A stretch of 49,351 bases of DNA from Patescibacteria group bacterium. Its GTDB lineage: Bacteria; Patescibacteriota; Minisyncoccia; Phycocordibacterales; JBAYGS01. Positions 6,912-14,752 of the stretch are shown piece after piece. The DNA is taken from contig JBBTSQ010000025.1 of the NCBI GenBank assembly GCA_038078755.1, forward strand, positions 7,099-56,449, given 5' to 3'. The position numbers and the translations under genes are program-made. A model generated the notes under the pieces. The model was not told the DNA's origin, made no database searches, and was given only the letters and a program-made list of their open reading frames with translations. Numbering within the stretch: position 1 is the first letter of the stretch; each line of letters starts with the position of its first letter.

Positions 6912-8144
6912 ATGAAAAAACAGAAAAAAACAATCACGCCAAAAGAATCAAACACTGCCTACAGCGACATCGACACGGCAGCCGAAGTGGCGGTCTACTA
7001 CGGCTTCACTCCGCAAAAAACGCCCACCATCAAAAAAGATGACATGGCGCAAGCAAAACACATTGAAAGCGCGGACGAAAAAAAGGCACTTCCTCTCGGC
7101 TGGGACACCTTAAGTCTCGAGGGACAATCAGCGCTCATCCGCGAATACGTCGATAACAATTGGCATAATTTACCGCAACCGCTCACCCACTATCACAAGG
7201 GGCCGTTTGCCATCGACGGCAAACCGGCAAAAAAAGAAAGTCGAGAGATGGAATGCTATCTTGAAATCATCGGCACGCACAAAAGCATCGCCGAAGCGAT
7301 TATTATCGAGACCGCCATCGCCATTTTGAAAGAAGAAGGTTATGACGATCTCCATCTTGAGATTAATAGTATCGGCGATCGAGAATCATTTTCTCGTTTT
7401 ACCAAAGAACTGACTGCCTACTATCGAAAGCATATCAATGACCTCCCCGCCGCGTGCAGACAAGCGATGAAATCGAGTGTCTTCAGTCTCTTGTCGTGCA
7501 GTGAACATGAGACGTGTAAAAAATTGGCGGTAGATGCACCGCAATCAATCAGCTTTCTCTCTGAAGCCAGCCGGCATCATTTTCAAGAAATTTTGGAGTA
7601 TTTAGAGACGCTCGATATTCCCTACACTATCCAAAATTTACTAGTCGGCAATCCGAGTTTTTCATCGGGGCCAGTATTTGAAATCAGAAATGATGGTTGT
7701 GCGCGAGGTAAAGGCGTCGCCCCGCTTGCGGTCGGCTGTCGATACGACGGTCTGGCCAAAAAGCTCGGCGCCAAAAAAGAAATTCTGGGCGCGTGCGCCG
7801 TGCTCCATTTCAAAAAGCCGACCGGTGAAAAAGCCAATCATAAAGTCAAAAAACCGGAAGTGTATTTCATCCAGCTTGGGTTTGAAGCGAAACTAAAAAG
7901 TCTCAAAGTGATCGAGGTACTCCGCCAAGCCAAGATCCCAGTGCATCAAGCGCTCTGTCGCGATCGCATGGCCACCCAAATCGCCATCGCCGAGAAATCA
8001 AAAGTGCCATTCCTCTTGATTATGGGACTGAAAGAAGCGATGGAAAACGCGGTCATCGTGCGCGACATGACCGACCGATCACAAAACACAATCAAAATTG
8101 AAGATGTGCCGGCGTATCTGAAGAAGTTGAAAGCGCAGAAGTAG
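6912..8144 (+). CDS. histidyl-tRNA synthetase family protein, divergent (HisRS/HisZ-like)
   Basis: HisRS-like order INSIGD...PVFE...GCRYDGL, plus a C-terminal anticodon-binding-like domain (VYFIQLG..FLLIMG). Several class II catalytic motifs look substituted. Confidence 0.65.
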   Translation: MKKQKKTITPKESNTAYSDIDTAAEVAVYYGFTPQKTPTIKKDDMAQAKHIESADEKKALPLGWDTLSLEGQSALIREYVDNNWHNLPQPLTHYHKGPFAIDGKPAKKESREMECYLEIIGTHKSIAEAIIIETAIAILKEEGYDDLHLEINSIGDRESFSRFTKELTAYYRKHINDLPAACRQAMKSSVFSLLSCSEHETCKKLAVDAPQSISFLSEASRHHFQEILEYLETLDIPYTIQNLLVGNPSFSSGPVFEIRNDGCARGKGVAPLAVGCRYDGLAKKLGAKKEILGACAVLHFKKPTGEKANHKVKKPEVYFIQLGFEAKLKSLKVIEVLRQAKIPVHQALCRDRMATQIAIAEKSKVPFLLIMGLKEAMENAVIVRDMTDRSQNTIKIEDVPAYLKKLKAQK

Positions 8145-8175
8145 GAAGTATAAAGTAAAAAGTATGAAGCACGAG

Positions 8176-8214
8176 AAAAGCCCCCGAAATTGCTCCGCAA
8201 TTTCGGGGGCTTTT
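8176..8214 (+). terminator. rho-independent terminator
   Basis: AAAAGCCCCCGAAATTGC-tcc-GCAATTTCGGGGGCTTTT. Confidence 0.8.
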
Positions 8215-8328
8215 CCCTTCAACGGCTCACTGCTTTAAAAGAATGCCCCAGCACCTTTGGCACAAAGGCGTTGGGGCATTCTTTTTTCTGAGCCTCTGTA
8301 GAGCCATAAAATCATCTTTTTAAATTAC

Positions 8329-8357
8329 TTGACTTTTTGTGTGACTTGGTATATACT
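8329..8357 (+). promoter_or_regulatory. promoter TTGACT-17-TATACT
   Basis: TTGACTttttgtgtgacttggtaTATACT upstream of the 8436 ORF. Confidence 0.55.
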
Positions 8358-8435
8358 ACACACCAGAAAGGTACCGAAGTGCGAATCATCGCCGTTGCCA
8401 AAAGCGCCTGCTTTTGGACTTCAGACTCTTGTTCT

Positions 8436-8789
8436 ATGAAAAACCTACACATCTTTTTCTGTTTTCTCTCGGTTCTACTGATAGGGATCAATCTCCTAAT
8501 GCTGATAGATACAGATGGCCGAATCTGGTTGGTGTTGAGCTTTATTCTAACTCTCGGATTCACTTTTGAACGCGATGAACCTGTCACAACGACACTTCTG
8601 AGCTTCTTCTGGATGATGACACTGGGTGCTGTTACAGCACGTAATTTTCAACACCCACTTGAAGTGAGCACTGGTACTTTCGTATTTGTATGTTTTGGAT
8701 TTGTGTTTATGTGCTTTTCGTTCATTCATGGTTTTCGCTCCCTGATTAATTCAACACCGAGGATCGGTGTGCAGGAATCAGCCAATTGA
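8436..8789 (+). CDS. small polytopic membrane protein (117 aa)
   Basis: Start re-chosen at the ATG giving MKNLHIFF. Three to four hydrophobic helices. Followed by a terminator. Confidence 0.45.
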   Translation: MKNLHIFFCFLSVLLIGINLLMLIDTDGRIWLVLSFILTLGFTFERDEPVTTTLLSFFWMMTLGAVTARNFQHPLEVSTGTFVFVCFGFVFMCFSFIHGFRSLINSTPRIGVQESAN

Positions 8790-8806
8790 CCACCCCTAGA
8801 CTCCCT

Positions 8807-8838
8807 CGCCGTCCGGCTTCCGGACGGCGTTTTCTTTT
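8807..8838 (+). terminator. rho-independent terminator
   Basis: CGCCGTCCG-gcttc-CGGACGGCG followed by TTTTCTTTT. Confidence 0.75.
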
Positions 8839-8904
8839 CCCCTCTTCCAACCTCCCTCCCTAAGCACGCAGGGCGGTTTGATTCCTCTTATCAACAGCGA
8901 GCGA

Positions 8905-9046
8905 GAATCACTTCTGGTGTATGTCGCGGAGTTTCGCCAGCATGGTCTGTCAAGAGATGTGTCTGCACATAATCTTGACAGTGACGAAACGAGCGTAGGA
9001 AAAGCCGGTGCTGGCCGGCTTTATCCGCGTACGCCAGAAGTGATTC
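8905..9046 (+). ncRNA. candidate structured RNA or MITE-like element (three-way junction, about 142 nt)
   Basis: 19-nt terminal arms GAATCACTTCTGGTGTATG / CGTACGCCAGAAGTGATTC whose two differences are G-U compatible only on the plus strand. Inner stems are CTGTCAAGA/TCTTGACAG, GTTTCG/CGAAAC and AAAGCCGG/CCGGCTTT. Confidence 0.4.
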
Positions 9047-9056
9047 GAGGGAGCAT

Positions 9057-9085
9057 TTGCATCAAACCACTCTGCGTGCTATACT
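9057..9085 (+). promoter_or_regulatory. promoter TTGCAT-17-TATACT for rpsU
   Basis: TTGCATcaaaccactctgcgtgcTATACT, 10 nt before the rpsU ATG. Confidence 0.6.
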
Positions 9086-9095
9086 CTCCCCCACT

Positions 9096-9344
9096 ATGGC
9101 TATCAACGTAGAAATCACCAAAAACGCATCAGAAACAGGACTGTCAGTCCTGCGCCGTTTTACCAAGCGCGTCCAAGGCTCGGGTATCATCCCGCGCGTA
9201 AGATCACTTCGCTACAATCAGCGCGTGCTCTCCCACTACAAAAATAAAATGAAAACGCTTGAAGGCATCAAGAACCGAGCAGAAAAAGCGGAGTTGATGA
9301 AGCAGGGCAAGCTCGTAGAAGAACCAAGAAAGCGCGGTCGTTAA
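9096..9344 (+). CDS. rpsU: 30S ribosomal protein S21
   Basis: 82-aa basic protein, MAINVEITKN..LRRFTKRV..; start set at the ATG at 9096. Confidence 0.85.
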   Translation: MAINVEITKNASETGLSVLRRFTKRVQGSGIIPRVRSLRYNQRVLSHYKNKMKTLEGIKNRAEKAELMKQGKLVEEPRKRGR

Positions 9345-9463
9345 AATAAGCAAAACAACATCATCTACTTCGTTGCTTCGCTCGTTTGCTCCTGCAACGT
9401 ATTTGTATACGTTTTAGTCGCAAAGCTCGCTCGCGCCTCGTATCTAAAATTGTTTTGCTTATT
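9345..9463. repeat. long intergenic hairpin with 14-bp perfect outer stem
   Basis: AATAAGCAAAACAA (9345-9358) pairs with TTGTTTTGCTTATT (9450-9463). Inner stem AACGTAT/ATACGTT. Confidence 0.75.
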
Positions 9464-9473
9464 TACACACCAC

Positions 9474-9869
9474 ATGACGAGTCCCGACAATTTTCACATA
9501 CACATCAAAACAAAAAGCAACCCGTCACCTGACCGGTTGCTTTTTGCTTCTATCAAAGAAGCGATCTTAGGGAAAGACTATGACCTTGCGGTCATTCTCA
9601 CAACGCCAAAAGAAACCCAAAGGCTCAATCGCGATTACCGACAGAAAGATTCCCCCACCGACATCTTGAGTTTTCCAATTAATTCATTCGAGGGTGAAAT
9701 CTACCTCGACATTGAAACCGCCAAAGTCGAGGCGCCAAAATTTGACCGTCCGATTGAAAACTTTTTGCCATTCTTATTTATCCACGGATGCCTCCATTTG
9801 AAAGGAATGGCACATGGTAGTACAATGGAGAAGATCGAGGCCAAATTTCGAAAAGAATTTGGCATCTAA
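9474..9869 (+). CDS. ybeY: rRNA maturation endoribonuclease YbeY
   Basis: HGCLHLKGMAHG zinc-binding H-x3-H-x5-H motif; 131 aa. Confidence 0.85.
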   Translation: MTSPDNFHIHIKTKSNPSPDRLLFASIKEAILGKDYDLAVILTTPKETQRLNRDYRQKDSPTDILSFPINSFEGEIYLDIETAKVEAPKFDRPIENFLPFLFIHGCLHLKGMAHGSTMEKIEAKFRKEFGI

Positions 9870-9874
9870 ATGAT

Positions 9875-9970
9875 CAATTAACAATTTCCAATTTTCAATC
9901 AATTTTCAATCACATAATTTAAATATTTCTTAGTTGATTGAAAATTTGATAATTGATAATTTGAAATTAC
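9875..9970. repeat. imperfect AT-rich inverted word tract (TTCCAATTTTCAAT class)
   Basis: Left arm CAATTAACAATTTCCAATTTTCAATCAATTTTCAATCAC. Right arm GTTGATTGAAAATTTGATAATTGATAATTTGAAATTAC. Confidence 0.75.
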
Positions 9971-9982
9971 TACCCCGTAGTC

Positions 9983-11161
9983 ATGGCACGCAACATCGCA
10001 GTCGGCATTGATATCGGTACCTACCAGATCAAGGTGGTCGTGGCAGAGCTCGGTAAAGAAAAGACCACTCCGCATATTATCGGAATGGGTTTTGCCGAGT
10101 CCAAAGGCTTGCGCCATGGCTATATTGTAAACGGCAGTGATGCGATAAAAAGTATCAAGCAGGCCGTCTCCCAAGCCGAGAAAATCGCTAAAGTGCCGAT
10201 CAAACGTGCTCACATTTCGGTCGGTGGTATTGGACTATCATCGATTACCTCAAACGGTGTTACCACCGTGACTCGCGCCGATCTCGAAATCACCGATCTC
10301 GATATCAAAAAAGCTATCGAAGTGAGTAAAAATGAAATTCCGCAATCTTTTTCACTCAATCGCCGAATCCTCCATACTATCCCGCTTGAATACAAAATTG
10401 ATGGCCAAAAAGTGTTTGGCAAACTGCAAGGAATGAAGGGGGCGAAGCTCGAAGTCAAAACACTATTCATCACTTCGCTTGAGCAACATTTGGAAGAGCT
10501 AATTTCCGTAGTGGAAGAAGCGGGAGTGGAAATCGAAGACGCTATTGCCGCGCCGATTGCATCAAGTCTCGTCACCCTTTCTAAACAACAAAAAACTGCT
10601 GGGTGTATATTGGCAAACATCGGCTCCGAGACGGTATCTATCGCTGTGTTTGAAAACAATATTCCAGCATCACTCGAAGTCTTCCCATTTGGATCGACCG
10701 ATATCACCAACGACATCGCCCTTGGCCTCAAAGTATCACTCGAAGAAGCCGAACGTCTAAAAGTGGGTGGTACCATCGACTCCAACCAGTCTCGCAAAAA
10801 ACTCGACGAGATTATCGTGGCGCGCTTGTCAGACATTTTCGAACTGATCGAAGCGCATCTGAAAAAAATCGGGCGCAACGGTCTTTTGCCTGCCGGCATC
10901 ATCATCACCGGTGGCGGATCAGGTATTGCCACCATCGAAGACTTTGCCAAAGCCTCGCTCAAACTCCCATCACGCATCGGCAATATCGCTTTTGGTCCAA
11001 GCTTGGGCGATCGCTTTAAAGACGCGACATGGTCGGTGGCATATGGTCTCTGCATCTTGGGACTTTCTGGAGAATCTGACGGGATGAAACATGGCGCTGG
11101 ATTACAAGGCAAAGAGGTTATTACAAATGTTGGCAGATGGTTTAAACAGTTTTTACCCTGA
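9983..11161 (+). CDS. ftsA: cell division protein FtsA
   Basis: Actin-like ATPase: VGIDIGTYQIKVVVAE phosphate-1 motif and IIITGGGSGI. Confidence 0.9.
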   Translation: MARNIAVGIDIGTYQIKVVVAELGKEKTTPHIIGMGFAESKGLRHGYIVNGSDAIKSIKQAVSQAEKIAKVPIKRAHISVGGIGLSSITSNGVTTVTRADLEITDLDIKKAIEVSKNEIPQSFSLNRRILHTIPLEYKIDGQKVFGKLQGMKGAKLEVKTLFITSLEQHLEELISVVEEAGVEIEDAIAAPIASSLVTLSKQQKTAGCILANIGSETVSIAVFENNIPASLEVFPFGSTDITNDIALGLKVSLEEAERLKVGGTIDSNQSRKKLDEIIVARLSDIFELIEAHLKKIGRNGLLPAGIIITGGGSGIATIEDFAKASLKLPSRIGNIAFGPSLGDRFKDATWSVAYGLCILGLSGESDGMKHGAGLQGKEVITNVGRWFKQFLP

Positions 11162-11204
11162 GTACAGGGAGAATTAAGAATCAAGAATTATGATTCATGA
11201 ATAA

Positions 11205-11235
11205 CTGCCCCGTCTAGCTTCGCTAGACGGGGCAG
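11205..11235. terminator. terminator hairpin after ftsA
   Basis: CTGCCCCGTCTAGC-ttc-GCTAGACGGGGCAG. Confidence 0.75.
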
Positions 11236-11254
11236 TTTGAATATTTTGCTAAAG

Positions 11255-11282
11255 AAAAATCCGCTCGAGCGCAAGGCTTGAG
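11255..11282 (-). terminator. terminator-like hairpin, direct repeat of 11899-11928
   Basis: AAAAATCCGCTCGAGCGCAAGGCTTGAG. Two further hairpins stack at about 11290-11330 and 11346-11380. Confidence 0.55.
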
Positions 11283-11390
11283 TATAAAGTATAGAGAATC
11301 CCCCGAAATCACAAAGCGATTTCGGGGGATTCTCTGTGTGTAATAAAAAAATCCATCGAATGATACACTCGATGGATTCTACGAAAACTA

Positions 11391-11837
11391 TCAATTGATT
11401 CGAGCTGGCCACATGTGAGCTGGTTTGTCTAAAAGCTCCGCAGGGATGTTCGGTAAAAGGAAATCATCATCAACCTCGGTAATCATACAGCGAGCAAGCC
11501 CCACTCCAACAGCATCACCAGAGTATTGACCAATCCACGTGTTACCGTGCTTCACAGTAAAAGAATACTTGATGATATCCTTACGTCTGTCGTAATGTTT
11601 CGTAAACGATACCTCGCGATCGCTCACAGAGATATCTTTGAGCACTGACTCACCACAGGTATCCAACATATATCCCCTGAGGTTGTTCCTCGATTGTCGT
11701 TGGTCGGAAAAAATTATTCCCGCAAACATGGTTTGAAACAAACCTTCATTGATGGTAACCACGGCACCCTCGATAGGCACACAAGCCAGTCCAAGATACT
11801 GCCGGTTTTGAAAGAACACACCTTGAATCAAGAACAT
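11391..11837 (-). CDS. orphan hypothetical protein (148 aa) inside the ftsA-ftsZ spacer
   Basis: ATG ORF antisense to the division genes, bracketed by near-identical 25-nt repeats. No motif recognised. Confidence 0.45.
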   Translation of the reverse strand: MFLIQGVFFQNRQYLGLACVPIEGAVVTINEGLFQTMFAGIIFSDQRQSRNNLRGYMLDTCGESVLKDISVSDREVSFTKHYDRRKDIIKYSFTVKHGNTWIGQYSGDAVGVGLARCMITEVDDDFLLPNIPAELLDKPAHMWPARIN

Positions 11838-11898
11838 AAATAAACCTTTCTTTTTGTATCCTTTCTAACAATACTCTCACCAAGACAAAAGTCAATAA

Positions 11899-11928
11899 AA
11901 AAATCCGCTCGAGCACAAGGCTGAGCGG
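11899..11928 (-). terminator. rho-independent terminator, direct repeat of 11255-11282
   Basis: The minus strand reads CCGCTCAGCCTTGTGCTCGAGCGGATTTTTTT. Confidence 0.6.
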
Positions 11929-11963
11929 AAAATGGAAACCTGTGGTTAGGAGGGTGGTGACCG

Positions 11964-12179
11964 TCATCCCCACTGACCATTATTGACAGCATAACTGTGA
12001 TTCACAGTACAATGGGAATTACTATCGTTCCTAAACCAGCACCCGCCGTGAATACAAACGACCGATGGCAACTCGTGTATAGATTTGTATTCCACACACT
12101 CTGGCGTGATTTCTAGGCCACGCGGGCTCCAACGTATAGTTACTACGTCTTCATAGCCTCCCACCTGATTTTGCGACAA
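11964..12179 (-). CDS. small Cys/His-containing hypothetical ORF (71 aa, TTG start)
   Basis: Only an ORF with a non-ATG start. Weak support. Confidence 0.25.
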   Translation of the reverse strand: MSQNQVGGYEDVVTIRWSPRGLEITPECVEYKSIHELPSVVCIHGGCWFRNDSNSHCTVNHSYAVNNGQWG

Positions 12180-12422
12180 CCTCCACAGGCATCCGCTACC
12201 AGTCTACAGATATCAGATAAAAAGTAAAGCCAAAGCATGAAACAAAACTAAGCAAAATCAAGGCTTTCCTTTTTAAACGCTGGTGGTATCATTGGAGAAA
12301 CAAGTTCTGCGTTATTGGGAAATAGCGTAGGCGGTCTCACGAAAAATCAGAAATGTTTTCGTGGTAGTTCTGTATCTGCGGAATATACTAGCCTCGACGA
12401 GAGTAATTTTTTCATAATTATC

Positions 12423-13616
12423 ATGCCACATATCACACCAGAAGTAGAAACATTTGCCCGCATCAAAGTGTTGGGCGTTGGCGGTTCGGGCAAGAACGCC
12501 TTGAATCATATGGTCAACTCCAAAGTGCGCGGAGTTGAATTCATCGCGGTCAATACTGATGCGCAAGACCTCCATAATTCTCTCGCCAAACGAAAGATTC
12601 ACATTGGTAAAAACTTGACCCGAGGACTCGGCACCGGTATGAATCCGGAGCTCGGCAAGCGAGCGGTTGAAGAGACCAAGGAAGAAATCCAAGAAGCGAT
12701 CAAGGGCGCGGATATGGTCTTTATCGCCGGAGGAATGGGTGGTGGTACCTGCACCGGTGCGGCGCCGGTGGTTGCCAAGACTGCCAAAGAGCTCGGGGCG
12801 CTGACTGTGGCAGTGGTCACCAAGCCGTTCTTTTTTGAAGGTGTGCAAAGAATGCGTCTCGCTGAAGCAGGATTGGAAGAGCTCCGAAAATCAGTCGACG
12901 CAATCATTGTTATTCCCAATGATCGCCTCCTCGCCTCAATTTCCAAAGATACCACCGCCAAAGCCGCCTTTGCCATGTGCGACGAAGTGCTCAAGCAAGC
13001 GGTAGAAGGCATTTCAGACTTGATCACCACTCCCGGTATCATCAATATCGACTTCGCTGATATTCGCGCCGTGATGGACAACGCCGGAAGCGCCTTGATG
13101 GGCATCGGCACCGCCTCTGGTGAAAAGCGCGCTGAAGAAGCCGCCAAAGCCGCTATCAATTCTCCCCTCTTGGACCTTTCAGTCAATGGCGCCAAAGGCG
13201 TGCTGTTCTCGATTGCCGGCGGAGATGATCTGACCATGTTTGAAATCCAAGAAGCGGCAAAAGTGATTACTGAATCAATCGACCCCGGAGCAAAAGTGAT
13301 TTTCGGTACCGTACGCGATGAGAAACTAAAGAAAAACGAAATTCGTGTAACAGTTATTGCTTCTGGTTTCCCAGAAAGTGTGATGCGTCGATCACTCTTT
13401 GGCGACAATGCTGACAAACAAGGCAAGATGTTTACCGTCGGTGCTACGGTGACCCCCGCTCCTGCCATAATAGAAAAGCCAGCGCCAAAAACAGAGCCAA
13501 CAAAGATGGCCGAGCTAGCAAAAAGTGTTGTTGACGATAAAAAATCTGCTCGCACTGACGACGATGATGATTGGGGCGCGGTACCGGCCTTTTTGAGACG
13601 ATCGAAGCTCAAGTAG
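12423..13616 (+). CDS. ftsZ: cell division GTPase FtsZ
   Basis: GVGGSGKNALNHM and GGMGGGTCTGAAPVVA tubulin signature, with the conserved C-terminal peptide DDDDDWGAVPAFLRR. Start set at the ATG giving MPHITPE. Confidence 0.95.
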   Translation: MPHITPEVETFARIKVLGVGGSGKNALNHMVNSKVRGVEFIAVNTDAQDLHNSLAKRKIHIGKNLTRGLGTGMNPELGKRAVEETKEEIQEAIKGADMVFIAGGMGGGTCTGAAPVVAKTAKELGALTVAVVTKPFFFEGVQRMRLAEAGLEELRKSVDAIIVIPNDRLLASISKDTTAKAAFAMCDEVLKQAVEGISDLITTPGIINIDFADIRAVMDNAGSALMGIGTASGEKRAEEAAKAAINSPLLDLSVNGAKGVLFSIAGGDDLTMFEIQEAAKVITESIDPGAKVIFGTVRDEKLKKNEIRVTVIASGFPESVMRRSLFGDNADKQGKMFTVGATVTPAPAIIEKPAPKTEPTKMAELAKSVVDDKKSARTDDDDDWGAVPAFLRRSKLK

Positions 13617-13659
13617 AAGCTAGATTCAAGAATTAAGATTCATGATTCATGAATAAGAC

Positions 13660-13890
13660 CTAAACCAGTGAGCCTTTAAACTAATTTTCACCAAAAAACG
13701 TTAAAAATCGCCTCGTCAAAAACCGTGTCAACATTTCCCAAACGGCGTTGCCATTAAGGCACAGAATGCCTGAACGGCTCACTGGTTTTGGCCTCAAAAG
13801 GAGTGAGCCGTTCAGTGCTTTTAAGCCTACATAGAGCCACGCCACAGGAAAAAGTGTAAAATATGTTGCAACAGAGCCATTTTTGACATC
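13660..13890. repeat. GAGCC/GGCTC modular hairpin repeat, copy B
   Basis: Carries only the right arm of the terminal hairpin (GAGCCTTTAAACTAATTTT), then the shared body with a 13-bp stem CTGAACGGCTCAC/GTGAGCCGTTCAG, ending ACAGAGCCATTTTTGAC. Confidence 0.75.
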
Positions 13891-13900
13891 TTCAATAGTC

Positions 13901-13933
13901 ATAAAAAATACCGACCATTTCTGGTCGGTATTT
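13901..13933 (-). terminator. rho-independent terminator of the 13944-14528 ORF
   Basis: AATACCGACCA-tttc-TGGTCGGTATT with a T-run on the minus strand. Confidence 0.7.
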
Positions 13934-13943
13934 GCGTAACGAT

Positions 13944-14528
13944 TCAAGTTTCGAGCTTGAGCGACAGGTTTCCTTGAAGAATTTTCTTCTCAAGTTCACC
14001 GAAAAAAATGGCGACCGATGAGTGGCCCATAAAAAACGCCCCTCGGTCATACATCATATGACCAAAACCATCACAAAACCGTCCGGCAATTTCATCTTCT
14101 GAAGGCGGGCACTTACACCTCTGCTGTGCAAACATAGTCCACAACGCACGCACATGAGCATTACTCCCCCACAAGATTGCCCCCACATCGGTCAAGAAGT
14201 CTTGGCCGAGCGTAATACGATCATGTGAATGGCGAACCCACACCACCCACAGAGGATTCTTTTCGTCAGGCGCTTGGAGTATGAGGTGGACCGACCACCA
14301 ATCATCAGCATGCCCCGCCATTGCCGAAAAATTACGGGCATCAAACTCAAAATGTTTGATGGTTGACTGCAGAGCTGGCACATGTCGAAACGTTCGGGCA
14401 TGATCCATGACAACGACACACCATGCAGGCAAGATTCTCTGCCAGTGAATGGGAATTCTGCCATACATACGCGTTACGAATCGCTCAACCTCATATCCAT
14501 CTTGAGTTTCAGTTGTGATAACCTTCAT
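13944..14528 (-). CDS. orphan hypothetical protein (194 aa)
   Basis: Start re-chosen at the ATG giving MKVITTETQDG. Trp/His-rich, no family recognised. Confidence 0.5.
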   Translation of the reverse strand: MKVITTETQDGYEVERFVTRMYGRIPIHWQRILPAWCVVVMDHARTFRHVPALQSTIKHFEFDARNFSAMAGHADDWWSVHLILQAPDEKNPLWVVWVRHSHDRITLGQDFLTDVGAILWGSNAHVRALWTMFAQQRCKCPPSEDEIAGRFCDGFGHMMYDRGAFFMGHSSVAIFFGELEKKILQGNLSLKLET

Positions 14529-14606
14529 ACAACTCCCCTTTCCCTTTTCTAAGTGCAGTTCTACAAAAACAGTAGCAAAGACGATACAAAAAAGCAACGA
14601 AGAGAG

Positions 14607-14705
14607 AAAACTAACAATTCACAACACACAACTAACAACAAAACCTCTACCACTCACCTGTATTATTTTTCTGATTGTACGTTGTAAGTTGTAAGTTGTT
14701 TGTTA
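14607..14705. repeat. inverted pair of A/C-only word tracts
   Basis: Forward AAAACTAACAATTCACAACACACAACTAACAACAAAACC. Reverse TCTGATTGTACGTTGTAAGTTGTAAGTTGTTTGTT, which runs into a TATAAT box. Confidence 0.85.
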
Positions 14706-14752
14706 TAATTGGTCTCATACTTGTATTTGCTTCTATTCATAATTCTTAAATC

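Noticed and set aside
11159-11161. Alternative genetic code (UGA recoded, as in some candidate phyla)
   Set aside because: Conserved genes end at their expected C-termini with TGA (ftsA ...KQFLP-TGA, for example) as well as with TAA and TAG. Both RF1 and RF2 are encoded, which is consistent with the standard bacterial code.
10210-11184. 324-aa ORF antisense to ftsA, and similarly the 337-aa ORF at 12599-13612 antisense to ftsZ
   Set aside because: Both are low-complexity Ser/Ala/Pro-rich translations lying exactly opposite strongly recognisable FtsA and FtsZ genes. They are typical shadow ORFs.
13681-13947. 88-aa ORF, and the 62-aa ORF at 29304-29492 with a shared RFLTR-like peptide
   Set aside because: Both lie inside copies of the GAGCC repeat. 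The shared peptide reflects the nucleotide repeat read in one frame. The third full copy (5872-6195) does not maintain the frame.
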